A DNA stretch of 63,999 bases, filler included, from Choristocarpus tenellus KU-1152 (GCA_964200185.2; 11 parts of 11 records of this genome joined end to end with filler, not necessarily neighbours in it), one strand, 5' to 3'; positions 37,869 to 50,563 are shown, counted from the whole stretch's first letter. Numbers and translations: made by a program. Notes: a model not told the origin generated them from the letters alone.

Positions 37869-38543
37869 AAATTCAGTTCCACAGACCCCTTCCCACGGCA
37901 GAGGAGTGAGAAAGAAAGAAAAAGACAGCTCGACCTGCTTGATCATCTCATTCCCATGGGCATCCGCGCCCATTTTGGTTATCGCCACCACCCCAGGTAC
38001 ACCCATCTCCGCCAACACGGTAGATGTCTGTGGGCACGATCCCCCAGGGCAGTACTTAGTCTCCTCAAAGCTCTGAATAGTCTCCACCCCTCCCTCAAGA
38101 GTCGACGCACACAGTTGAAGATCCAGGCAGCTGATCCCAGCACAAACTACCCTCCCTGTGATCAGTGCAGCAACGTCAGAACCACCTGGAACCTCCCCCG
38201 CCTTCTGCGCCAACCCTCCTCCCTCCCCCACCAGTGTGCCCTCAAGGGTCTCCTCAAGGGCTCGCATCTGTCTGAAGAAGCCCGGGTCCACTCCCCTGGC
38301 TCCTCCCTCAGGCACCTTGAAGAGGTAGGCAAGCGCACGAGCCACCTGTTCTAGGGGAGTGCCCACCCGAGCAAAGTAGTCGCACCAAACCGCCGCATCA
38401 ATCATCAGAGGGACACAGAGGGCGCTGTCCATGGCCCTGGTGTAGGTGAGCATGGTGTGGGCGCAGTTCATGAATCCGAGAGAGGTATACTCCACAACAT
38501 CTCTCTTCTCATCTCCGATGAGAGGCGTGTACATCACACGAAC
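36178..38543 (-). CDS. INO1: Myo-inositol-1-phosphate (inositol-3-phosphate) synthase C-terminus fused to a PfkB/ribokinase-family carbohydrate kinase; 5'-partial
   Basis: Exons 38543-37935, 37529-37299, 36840-36178 (all phase 0). MIPS part: [24 protein letters not shown]...[13 protein letters not shown]...LAYLFKVP...[10 protein letters not shown]. PfkB part from 38153: [12 protein letters not shown]...PGGSCPQT...KMGADAHG...DLNG...[10 protein letters not shown]...ITMGGRGS...NTNGAGDSF. Confidence 0.88.
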
Positions 38544-39048
38544 CTGGATAAGGGGGGTTGGGTTTCACTTCAGTTCAGTGCCATGGGGGGGGGGGAGTTG
38601 AAGGGCAGACAGATCATGCAACAACAGCAAGAGGNNNNNNNNNNNNNNNNNNNNNNNNNNNNNNNNNNNNNNNNNNNNTTAATTAATTAANNNNNNNNNN
38701 NNNNNNNNNNNNNNNNNNNNNNNNNNNNNNNNNNGAATGCATATGATGTATGTTCGAATTACTTCAAAACATGAACATAGGAGGGGGGGGGAGTGGGGGG
38801 AAACATTGGATTGAACTTGAAAGATAGGAGAGAAGTGGAGCAAGGAGGACGTTTTCATCTTTCACAAAATAGTTATCACAACCACCTGTGTCAATGTAAA
38901 AAAAAAATAATCTTCATTTTCTACCTCAGTAAGGCTGTTGTCTCACTCCTAACCCCAACTCACTCTAAAATAAAACTCGAACCCATTTGACATCATAAAA
39001 TGTCAACAAAATCAATCCAAACTCTTGAAGTATACATGCACACAAATA

Positions 39049-42000
39049 TTATTGCTTCCCATGGATATAATCGCCTCTCTGTCTCAACCAACTACCCCCA
39101 AAACAGAACCCTTGTTAAGAATCAAGTGCTTTGAAGTACACACACGCAATAATACTTTTTTCTACCAAGTTCCAAAGATGTATCACTATTTGTGCCTCAA
39201 CAACAACGTTTTCAATGTAGCTCTGACTGAACACTAGCACTTCCTTCACCAAAAATCTTTCTCAAATACAGTCAAAACCTCACTAATTAATCCTAACATG
39301 AAGGGTGTTAAAATTGCTAAAATTGTGTTCTACCCAGACCCTGTCTACCCAATGAGCAGGGGAAAAGAGACCAGATGGTACACCATGCCGTCTGTTCCTG
39401 TTCTTCAGCCTGGTGACAAGAGGCCTCTCGTCTGATACTCAAATACAATCACCCAAACATAAAGCGCTCTGATACACTTACCTGACTCAAAGTATCTGGG
39501 GTGGGGGGTGGCGGCTGCCCATTTGGGGCCAATTTTTTCATGTCGCGATTTTTGGGTGATTTGGTTGCATTCATCGGATCGATAATGTAAGTACCCTTTT
39601 CCTGGTTATGGCCCAATTGGACACCCTAGAGCAGACCCCCTCCCCCCCCAGATACTTTATGTCACCTACAGTTGTTTATGGGATACTGGACGGCATGATA
39701 GGAGGTGGGAAGCTTAGGGGACGTCTGAGCCTACAATTGCAGAATGTGCTTCTTCTATGCATGTATCACATTCAAACAGTTGTTCGCTTACAAATATGTA
39801 CATAACATTTTTATATTGAAGTGTGCTACAATATTTCTCTAAGCTGATACAGCAAAATAACCTCTCAGCCACACCTCCAAATATTATAGTACTAAGGATA
39901 TTCTTACATACGAAAACTCATTGTGAATTTAGAGAAAGGCCTTCAAATGTTGCAAATAACATTAAGAAATAGACCCCACCGGAAAAAAATTAGGGTTACG
40001 GCTAATCTCTGATCCTATGGCATGTCAACCTGCGAACCTTGTATAAATACATCTTCAAATGTGCAATTTGAGACGCCATCGCCAGCACCATCCACATTAG
40101 TAGTAGAAAACTCCCAAACAGCCCTGCAGTTCAAGGCTAAAAAAGTAATTTTGTTCTCATTCAGGAATGCCACAATACCACCACTGTGTGAAAGTCTTTT
40201 TCTTTACAACAGTAGAGGTAACCTCACACACAACACAGAGACAAGATTTCTTACTATTCCTATTAAGGCCCGACATGTGCTCTCACCAGGAAACACTGAG
40301 CTGGTGAGCCAGGCAAGACCTGACCAACACCTGAGTTTCTTGTCTTGTACCTAGACCACCTTCTATTGCCACTCTAGCTGTACAACTCTATTTTCTATTT
40401 CTCGCTTTCAGATAAAATTCAGCACTGTCTGTACTAATTTGAATAGGAAGGAGTCTGTTTCCCCGCTTCAAATGCACTGCAGAACAACTACTACCATACG
40501 TTATGTAGAGTGAGAACCTTTGTTGTGGTATGCATTGCAGCGTCAATGCAGACATCAAAAATACAGTGCATGTTTTCATATTGTGTGCTGTTCACGCCAG
40601 GTTTGGGGGCTTCGGGACAAGGTGAATATAAGGTTGCCATTATCTCTAAGGTGCATATATTCTCGAGTGGATAATAAGAGGACCCTCAACCCCTAATATC
40701 AGTCTTCTGAAATTGTGCAAATTACCTCCACCAAATACTAATCCTAGAGCCCAACCAGAACAGCATTACACATGAAAATCCATATCAAGACATAACCTGT
40801 ACTTCCACCTGGAGATTTCACACTGCTGGACCACACTGGATCTGACAGGATATTCCAAGGATGCTTCCGCAACTTCTAGATTGATGTCATGGTCCCAGTC
40901 CATATTAGAACAAATACATCATCATTTTCTTGATGCATAGTAGGCCATTCTTCATCATTTGAACTACAATGTAGATAAGGAATTGCATTCAATAATATCA
41001 CAAAATTGATTAGCATAATAACAAGAACAATTACAACCAAACCAGACTATTAGTATCATCTTTTTCAATTGCAAAATAAAATTAACCTTAAGTTATGTCA
41101 AATCAGAACATACCCAACTGAAAACAGTTCATGAAAATCTTTGAATTGGGTATAATGCGTCAAGCCAACAAACCAAAAGATTTCCGTTCACAAACCTTCT
41201 GATGCTGTTTCATTTTTCACATAAAGGTGTCAGCACTGTCTTATCATACACCAGAGTACTTCAAAGAACTATTTCCTTTATAACTGTCTACAACAAGTAC
41301 TCATTCAAGTAGTTGTTGATTTGTCGAGCTCAAAACTACTGTCAGTAATCTCTGGTCATCATTCAAATTAATGACATACTAAAACATCATATACACGAAG
41401 TGAAAGCAATATCCCCATTTCAGCACACAACCTGCTGAGGTGATCCTTTCTCTCTTGGCCCAGCTCACTATCTAGCCAAGCAGGAAATCCCTCAGCACAT
41501 CCGCAGCATGTGCTTTGACGTTGGCACCCCAGGCAGGGCCACGGGCATTCTAGGCTGTTTGTATCAAAGTCTAGGGCAAGACGGTTGTACCTGTGATCCC
41601 CCCAAGTCCCAGAAGGTGCAAAGCCAAGGATAAGCAAACGGACAGGGTGCAAGGGGGAGAGGGGAGGGAGGGAATACATATGAGATCGTTTTCTTACATG
41701 ATTTTGGCAAGTACTAGAGACCACAGATTTGTCTGTCATCATGTAGTCTGTATTGACACCATTCTATTATACTACGCAAGGGTTTGGCTTGGTTCCATAT
41801 TAATGAAGTATGTCCTAGGGGTGGAAATGTCTAGGGGGAGATTTATGATACGGTTATACCTGCAAGCATTTTTTTATTTTCCATCAATAATACATGGCTT
41901 AAATGTCATTTTGTAGAGCATCCTGCTGGTGTGAAGGTTCTACATATCAGCTACAGTGCTACTATACTACAAGAAGTAAGTGCCTAATCTTTCAAAAAAA

Positions 42001-42266
42001 TTTCAATCAAAGTTGAAGCATTCACGTATTACTTTCCTCCCCTATTGGGAATACGCTTATATGCCTTGGAATATATTGGTTGGGTATAATTCCACCTCTA
42101 GTTGAAGGCTAAGGATTTTGACTGCTCCATAGGAAAGGACGGTGGAGCTAAGGGTTAATGCTAGGCAGGTTTGGGCTCACCTGTGCATTGGTACTGAGTC
42201 TTGCTGCTCTCCTTTTGTGGGCTCATCCAGTCCCAAGCTGCCAGAGACACTGCTGTGACCTTCGCC
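39049..42266 (-). pseudogene. O-fucosyltransferase-like (GT-B, HVRRGD motif) gene with lesions
   Basis: Phase-consistent exons 42266-42181, 41590-41432, 40963-40797 (in-frame TAG at 40878-40876), 40350-40287, 40123-40038, 39431-39292 (ends ...NFNTLHVR, donor reads AT instead of GT) and 39078 onward (starts RGD, TAA at 39051-39049). Confidence 0.5.
39484..39663 (-). mobile_element. MITE family B
   Basis: GACTCAAAGTATCTGGGG ... CCCCAGATACTTTATGTC; perfect TSD ACCT. Confidence 0.9.
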
Positions 42267-42919
42267 CTATATTACCCCAAAAAAACGAAAGGGCGATGAT
42301 TGCAGAAAACACAGTTAGATCCGTTTTTCCTCTTAACCATGAATGAGATGAGCGTACATTAACCAAAAATGTATTTGAAGGGTATTACCCCCAAAAGATA
42401 CCCAGCTCACTTCCCATACCCACCCCTTCCATGATCCGAGCCTTGTATCCCAAGCATATAGGATACCCCAGATAACAGGGTGTACCTTATTTAACCATAA
42501 TGTGGTGCAATCTCTCTCATCTATTGTATTTTGTAGCAAGGGAGAAACCTACTTCCAGAAGGAAGACACAAATGGTTACAATGCAAAGGTGTAGAGAAGA
42601 ATACTTGGAACTACTCCAGAGTACATGGAAGGGGTCACTATGCCGCAGTCGACTGCTGGATGGTATCAAGACATAATTACAGGGTCAGACAACAACCGGG
42701 TAAGGGTCTAAATAAATCTGAGAATCTTGGTAGTTCCAGTTGCATGNNNNNNNNNNNNNNNNNNNNNNNNNNNNNNNNNNNNNNNNNNNNTTAATTAATT
42801 AANNNNNNNNNNNNNNNNNNNNNNNNNNNNNNNNNNNNNNNNNNNNCTTCAACAACTCAATGTTTCTCCCACAGAATCATATTTTACACATGAATAAAAG
42901 CATATTCTTAACAGCTTGC

Positions 42920-43356
42920 ACCACTTCTGATGCTCCCAGCATCCAAACTGTTTCCCCTCTCAGGGAAATTTGCCCTCAACATGGGTTCCATAGGACCCAC
43001 TTCGACTGGTACGCCCCCTGCCGGAGGCCATGTGCTGGGCACAGCGGCCTAGACGACGGGATGATCTTCGTCGCTGACTCTTTCAGACTGAACCATGAGA
43101 TTGCCAACATTTCTTGACAACTCCGCTAACGACGCCATAAGCTGTCTGAATTCTTCGACAGATGGGCCCTCGGAAGGAACAGGTTCCCGTAATTCTTGAA
43201 TCGCATCTCCTCGTGTAGATATGATGAAATGATGGGTGAAAACCTAAGGTAATCACTAGTAAAAGGTTCTGATAACTCAACCACTAATTGATTGTTCCGT
43301 TACTCTGTAGCTGTCCACGTAACTGTCCGATAGAGTTGGAAGAGGCGAATCGAACA
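42920..43356 (-). mobile_element. Fragment of the same Copia family (partial LTR + gag N-terminus)
   Basis: 42920-43250 matches 63150-63481 and 43250-43356 matches 63655-63763; the roughly 175 bp in between are deleted. Confidence 0.88.
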
Positions 43357-43720
43357 GCTGTTGGTGCTCCTCACAGGACGTCATACGCCTTATTGATCTT
43401 GACAACCTCACCTTCATTCACACCTTCCTCCTTGATGAAGTTAGCGTTGCCCACTCACAGAGGGTCCTCCCTATCCTCCAGAGCTTGATTGATGTTGCCT
43501 TTCGCGTCCAAGAAAGCACACATCGTGGCAAACCAGTCAGCATAATTGTCATCAGACAATTGAAGGAGTTTGGTATGAAGATCGTCTAAGGCAATGAGTG
43601 GTGCTACCAAGCCAAGCCACTCCAGCTCCAGCTGCGCCTCCTCTAGCTAGAATATTTTTGAGTTGCGCTTAAGCATGTTGAATAGCTTCCTGCAGGAAAG
43701 ACTCGTCGTCACGAGCTGCT
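43357..43720 (-). mobile_element. Gag N-terminus relic of a different Copia family
   Basis: KLLQLSDDNYADWFATMCAFLDAKG...INKAYDVL fits L...NY..W...M.A.L..KG; contains stops. Confidence 0.55.
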
Positions 43721-45283
43721 GGTAGGTTACTTGGTGAAAATACACTGATTATATATTACCCGGTAGGTTCCTGTCTTAGTCATCGTCAGACGTGCAAAGT
43801 CTGACTCATCGTACTGCTATGTGTGATACCACTATGTATTGTACCGAACATCACATATACGTACATGACACTGTCACACTGTGTCGTATGGTTGAATAAA
43901 GCACACAAACAACGAAAGCGTAACAACACCAGTTATCGCGACACTTAGTGCTGACAAATGAAGAGCTCGTATGATACACAATGTCATTCGCAAGGTGATA
44001 GAGGCAAAGAGAAGTGGGTGTCCGTGGAAGTTCGTGGTCTATAGCGATGGTGCTGACCAAAATATTTTTTTCCCGCGCTTCAGTTTGAAATCCCATCTCC
44101 GTACGAACCAAGATAGGGTCATTTTAGTGAAGACTGATTCACCACCTATATTGGAAAAATACGATTTGAACGAAAGTCTAACTCACAATTTCGCTGCACT
44201 GCACCCCACTCCTGGAAGTCTTCTGTGCAGAGCTTGCCCCGTAGTATCTTGTTGCTACCTCCGTTCATTAGGTACAAGTACCTCTCATAGTACTTATTTG
44301 TGTACCATTTAAAAAATAGTATACTCGACAGAATTGTTCATAAAAGGTATAAAAAAGTAACACAATTACAGGCTCTCAACATGGCATCGCTTTTCCTTCC
44401 TCCTTCACGCATTCCCGCCAAACTAGAATACTCCTTCTATTTTCCGTCTGCATGTACTATCGGGCTGGGCAGAGCGACGAAAAAACTGCATTTTGCTCGT
44501 TGAAGAATTGTTATCTTTGTCTACACAGCAGACCAGATACTGAACAGAGGTAGGTAAGGACTGCAGACCAACCCTACACGTTCTCCTCCTTGTGCCGTAT
44601 ATTATGGGTTATAATGCCACCAATATGAAGACATAGTCAATTAGCCATTCTACGGCAACTTGTCCTCCACCACTTGGGATTCACAAGTCTCCACCTACTA
44701 GTGCATGCGTCTCACTTGTCCATGGAGTCAACCCTGTCAACCCTTCCAAGGGTTCAACCTAGTTGTAGGTCTTATGACTACCCACACAAATCAATACCAC
44801 AGTCAACAAAAAAAATAGTAATCATATCATCCTTCTTTCCCAATGATCGACCCTCTTTAATGTCCGAATTTCATCGCTCATTCCATCATCCTCTTGCGTC
44901 CACGTTTGCACAACCTGCTCAAAGAAGGCAGCAACAGAAATATTGAGCACCTGCACATACACCTGGACAAGTGTGGAAGTGGCCGGTTATGCAAAGCAGC
45001 TGTTGCCTACGTTTTAGCCATACAGTTACTGTAATTTCTGAAACAAGAGTGAGAAATAGTGTAGGTTGAACATATATAATTTTGAAAAAGTAGGAAATGA
45101 AGCCATTCTCTTTCCTCACCCTAAGATTAGATGGTGGAAGGGGAAATATGTACAAACACAGGTGCTGTACAAGCCTTCCCAAAACGTTTGTATTTCTTTA
45201 GGAAGAATAAGAACCACATCCTCCTTGCATTTTTGACTCTACTTGTTTCTTGTGGTGTCATCATCGCAGTGGAAGTTCATTTT

Positions 45284-45550
45284 GAGTCAAAGTATCTTAG
45301 ATGGTGGAGCCGCGTCCGTTTGGGGGACAAAATCCAATGTTGCGAGTTTGATTATATAATTTCGGCTATCATGTTTGTTAGGAAGTGTCTATATCCCGTG
45401 CTCCGGACACACCTTTCACAGTTTTATACATGAAACCTACTCCAAAACGTACGTATTTTGGAATAGGAAAATGTCATTAAAACCAATGGGAAGCCAAGCC
45501 CCAAACGAACAAACAGGGCAAAACTCGTACCCTCTAACACAATTTCATTC
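45284..45550 (-). mobile_element. MITE family A (reverse orientation)
   Basis: Reverse complement of family A; flanks TTTT/TTTC. Confidence 0.88.
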
Positions 45551-47494
45551 TTTCTAAACATTGGTCATCCACTCGTGAAGATCTACCTGTTCGACTCTCG
45601 ACAAGTGTCCATCTTTGTGGGCATTCCGCTGTATACTCTACTACAAAATATTCTTGGAGATATTAAAATTGTTTAAAATGGCTGAGAGGAGAGAGCAACT
45701 TTCACCTAGCGCGTTATCTCATATTGAGTTCTACAAACCCCCAAAAAATGCATTCTTGTACCTTGCCTACGAAAAGGTATGTGGTCTTTCCAATTTTGTT
45801 CACTAGGGACATACTACTCAACACTTGTGTCCCCCACCCCCTTCATCTCCTGATACGGACAATATTTCATCCCCTCATCGAGGTCTCATATTATGTATGT
45901 ATGTAATGCACACCCTGACATCCTGCATTCCCCTGGCATGAGCTCATCTTGTGTTCTTATTCTCTCTAGCTGGAGTTTCCAACAGCCCAGATTACTCCAT
46001 TATTGGGGATATACTATCTACTAACCAAAAAGTATATCCCCTACCCCTCCTATCACCCGCTACAAACTGTGTTTCAATTCCCATCAGTGTCTCTAACATT
46101 TCTATCCCTAAAGCCTCCATATCTTTTGGTGTGTTCTTCATGAGTTGTCTGATAGGTTGACAAACTTAAGTTTCATACCTCACACCCATTCATAAAAAAA
46201 TAGTTGAGACGACCAAAAGTGCCCAATCCACGTTAACTCATGAGATAATTTCTTACTAACCTAGGTTTAGTTCAATGTATTATGAACAGGTTTGTGGAGA
46301 AACGGGATAAAATATGTTCACATGCCAACAGGAGGCAGGGTGCATTTGTGGTGCATGAAAGGAGCTGCCTGTACAAACCAGCCACCTTGAGGAGTTTACC
46401 TATTTCAAGGGACTCATCGAGGCAGGTGTGTGCATCCACAAGAGGAGAGGAGATTATTTCCAAGCCCCAAGCGTTTCGCTCTGATAAGGGAGGGGATAAT
46501 GAAGTGCAGGTATTAGAGTCAAGCTCAGAATGCACAAGGATCAGCGGAAAAGTCTGACCAAGGATGGTGTCCTTGAAGGCGATCAGTAAAAATTCTACAT
46601 CACGTGCCATATATTGCAGAGTGTCCCCCGTATGTTTCTAACCCCGACTCAAAGTAAACTAGAGGTACCCCGACGATGGTTTGGAGAATGATAAGTTCTG
46701 GGTGGCCCTAATAAAGGAGAGCTGGAAGAAATGCCCTCTAAGCATAAGCTGCTTCTCTGCAGGGACAAGAACAATGCCCGTAAATGGAAAAAGGAGTACA
46801 GCGAGGGCAGGCAGCGATAGCATGATCCTTGGGGCGCACAGATGTTATGAGCTGTGTGAAAATGGTGTGGTACTGCTCCGTTCAAAAATGGGATACACAA
46901 AATTGAACTCGTAAGCATGTTTTTCAATAAGCCTAAGGGCTACAGCTCCCACAGCCGTGCGAATCTCAGAGGGTGAAGGATGTCGGCTCAGCTACATTAT
47001 CACATCTCACGTTGACCAGCTTTTTTGCAATGTGATCATACATCCTGTACTCGAGATTTCTTGGTTGGCGTAGTGTTTTTTTTGCAGTTTCCATGGTCGC
47101 GGTATGACGATTTAGAGTTGATACCTTTCGGAATAGTTCTTGTCTTGGAATGTTATTCTGTATAGAGTTTCATGTATGTTAGACTAACATGGGTTTTTAG
47201 GATCAATAACAGGGGAATCTCAAAATTGAGGAAGGCGCGGGACTATGAGNNNNNNNNNNNNNNNNNNNNNNNNNNNNNNNNNNNNNNNNNNNNTTAATTA
47301 ATTAANNNNNNNNNNNNNNNNNNNNNNNNNNNNNNNNNNNNNNNNNNNNCTGTTCTGTCCCGGAACCAACCCCCCCCCTCCCCCCCCCTGCCATCCCACA
47401 CAAAAGTCTTTACTAATGTACATACTACATAGTACACATTAGTGGCGCACCTTCTTGATACTGCTCGTTGTGTGTGTGTGTGTGTGTGTGCCAG

Positions 47495-49624
47495 GGATGA
47501 CCATCCCTCTACTCCCTACACGACTCAAGGGGCGAGAAAAACGCTGAATGCTTCGCGGAGCAGCAGGTTTTCCAGGCCATTGACAGTCACCGAGCTCTAC
47601 AAGAATATATCCGGTGACATGAAGAAGCGTGGTCGTTCCCTGGAGGGGGGAAGAAGGGGAAGGAGGAGTGGAGGTCCCTCCAGTGATGTTGATGAGTCTA
47701 ACTGCAAGAGGGAGGATAACTGCAGCCAGAGGACTCCCCGCAGCCAAAGTCGTACCGCATCAATGAATCCGGCAGGCCTTTTTTCTCACACACTTAAGGT
47801 GGAGTAGTGGTTGCTGTGGTAGAATTTTCGACATAGCACGTTACCATTCACTCTTTGTTTGTCTTTGAGAAAGAAGGACTCAGTTTCTTCCCATTTTCCC
47901 GGGATATGTTGTCTTAGAAGGAATTTGTTCTGTTGTTGGGAACGTCTTTGACAGCCCTCCCTCCTAGAAGATTGCTGAGGCTATTGCTCGAGTGAGAGGG
48001 CCATAGTATCCTAGACGGGGGGGAGTGTTTTGCCCAGTTTGTCCATTGTTGCTTGATTGGTTCTTGTCAAATACCCCAGTTTGATACTTGTTGCATGGAT
48101 AGGGTCCCTTTGAATGTGGTCCAGACAGGGGTATAGAAAAGGAAGGGTGCAATCAGGTGAAGGGACTTGCCTCTATATCTCAAGCGTTCACTCACACAGC
48201 ATGAATGTACCTGCAGGACCACGCAGGCCACCAATGGACACTTGAACCTTCCTCTACGATTCTTTTGGTCGGAATGAAGCATAAGTTTGTAGAAGTGCCT
48301 TTGCAGCAAATGACACTCTTCGCAGTAAAAGTTCGGTTCTTGTGTGTACATTTTCGAAAATGAATGTTGTAGGCCCAGTAGTAGTCTCTGAGTGAGAACA
48401 TCGGGTGATTTTCGCGTCCAAGTACATTAAGAGCACATTTACCTCGTGACTCCCACGACACTGGGGTTGGCAATGACGAGAGGATGGAATCTGGAAACAT
48501 TTTGCCTCCTCCTTGGGCAGGCTTGTGCTGTCAACGGCATCAAAGCGTTTGCTAAGAACTAATGCTCTCCTGTTGACCACTACTACTTTAAAGTTTCTGT
48601 AGATAGTTCTATGTATGTATTGGGACTGCAATTGTGCTTCCTCAAGGCCACCAGGCTTTGCAAGGTCAAACAGGATTTGATGGGGCAATACAATCTTGTT
48701 CCCTACATACTCTCACTGATCCCCCCCCCCACCAACCCATCTCTCTACTTCTGGTCAGTTTTGTTGTTTTTATTTTAACCATTGAGGTGTATCTGAACAC
48801 TTGGAGCTCGGCAATTGCATATTGCTGATCTTGTTCTTGACAAATGTTTTTCCTGTTGTAGTATGGGGAGGACAGGATGCCGGTATCTCCAATAAGCCCC
48901 AGAAGATTCAAGAAAACTCAAGCTCTGCGTCAAGAGGTGGCAAGCTCAGACTCAAGCTTCAGTACAAAGGTAGAGAAGGCAATGGACTCTAGGCACTAAT
49001 ACCAAGAAAAAAGTAAAATAAAGTTACACTATCTGAAGAGCTGGTGTTGTTGTTGTTGTTGGTTTTAAAGAATTATACAGAGGTAAGAGAGTCGCCTTCC
49101 ATGCTTGTTGTGGTGGTGCTGCTTGCTCTTAATGTTTGTTGGGTGGTAGAACCCCACCTTCCCAATCCGACTCAAAGTATTTGGAGTGGCGACTGTCCAT
49201 TTGGGGCCAATTTCTTCTGTCGCGATTTTTGTGTGATTTGGTTGCATGCGTCGGGTGGATAATGTTAGTGCACTTTTCCTGGTTTTGGTCCAAAATGGAC
49301 ACCCTGTTGTAGACCCCCCCCCTTCCCTCAGATACTTTGGGTCATCCCCGGCTGGACTGCCTGGTGGTCGTGAACATGAGCACACAGAACAAAGGCGATT
49401 TCGGTACTTCGTAGTCAACTCCTGTTGAGCAGAAGTTGACTTCACGGGTCGTCTGTGCAGAACACAACTCCACCTTCATTTCTCATTCAACAAACCTATG
49501 GCTTGATGGTGGCACCTCCTTGTCCTCTAATATAGATCTGCTACCTCTACGCCAGAGTGACAGTTTCCTCTTCTGCCAGTAGTTCACTGCTTGTTACTAC
49601 GGAGACAGTGCACTGACTTGTGGA

Positions 49625-49683
<59 letters not shown>

Positions 49684-50019
49684 GTCCGCCACATTCCCCG
49701 TCATTAAATACACCCAACCACTTTGTCTCTTTAGCTATTAACTTCTTCATGCCACCCCCAACTCCTCTGGCCCTCCACACCACACTCCTCATCCCTAATT
49801 GTGGTTGCTTCCGTGTTCCAGATGGAGAAGGGGATTGTTGTCACAAAGTACAGTCGCAATGGGTACCCTGCCCAGCGCATCCTACTCCTTGAACCCGACA
49901 CCAACTCAGTGGTGTGGCACGAATTGTCCTCTCAATCTCCAGGGCGTCGCCGCGGGCCCTCTCTGGTAAACCTTGTCAGAGGACAGAGGGAGGCCCTCCC
50001 ACTTTCCCACCTTAAACAA
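47495..50019 (+). CDS. PH-domain protein (PLC/Mcp5-type PH), internal exons
   Basis: Exon 47495-47798 (Ser/Arg-rich, disordered) and exon 49822-50019: MEKGIVVTKYSRNGYPAQRILLLEPDTNSVVWHE...ALPLSHLKQ, resembling G...KY.R.G.P..R...L......W of PLC-like PH domains. Canonical splice sites, phase 0 join. Confidence 0.65.
47998..48690 (-). mobile_element. Candidate internally deleted Sola-type DNA transposon with transposase relic
   Basis: Terminus GGGCCATAGTATCCTAGACGGGGGGGAGTGTTTTGCCCAGTTTGTCCATT resembles the MITE-A end. Frameshifted coding remnant NIHFRK..KNR.F/YCEEC...H...SERLRY. The second TIR was not found. Confidence 0.4.
49169..49343 (-). mobile_element. MITE family B
   Basis: GACTCAAAGTATTTGG ... 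CAGATACTTTGGGTC; perfect TSD ATCC. Confidence 0.9.
49627..49680. repeat. (CA)n microsatellite
   Basis: Directly visible; other CA/TG tracts at about 37837-37864 and 47469-47490. Confidence 0.95.
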
Positions 50020-50489
50020 GTGAGAGCAAGGAATATCTGGGAGCTGTAGAAACATAAGCATATACACACATATGTATATACATGTATATACATGTGTGTG
50101 CGTTGAGGGTGAGGTCTTGGGGGAGGGGGACGGGGGGTTGTTGGGACCAGACCGTTGATTGATGAAATATTTCCCATGTTTGCACTTAATAGTGCTGTAT
50201 CCATCTATTTTCACATTTTGATTATTTTCGGTGCAACATACCTGTACTTTCCGATCCACTGCCTGACATTCTGTCTCAAACCAGTCTACTCCCAGCATGA
50301 GACATCTCAGAACCCCGACTACCAGTTCCCAAGTCACCAACCTCCTGCCCCCTTTGTCCTTCACGCTGATCAAGTTCATATTCTGATACNNNNNNNNNNN
50401 NNNNNNNNNNNNNNNNNNNNNNNNNNNNNNNNNTTAATTAATTAANNNNNNNNNNNNNNNNNNNNNNNNNNNNNNNNNNNNNNNNNNNN

Positions 50490-50563
50490 CTAATTGATTG
50501 TTCCATTACTCTATACATATTTATTGTAACAGTCCGATAGAGTTGGAAGAGTCTAATCGAACA
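50490..50563 (-). mobile_element. LTR 5' end of the same Copia family at a contig edge
   Basis: ctaattgattgttcc...tccgatagagttggaagagtctaatcgaaca matches 63689-63763. Confidence 0.85.

Noticed and set aside
46272-46930. Overlapping 77-112 aa ORFs around a solo MITE-C-like terminus at 46646
   Set aside because: No recognisable transposase or other motif; probably decayed repeat.
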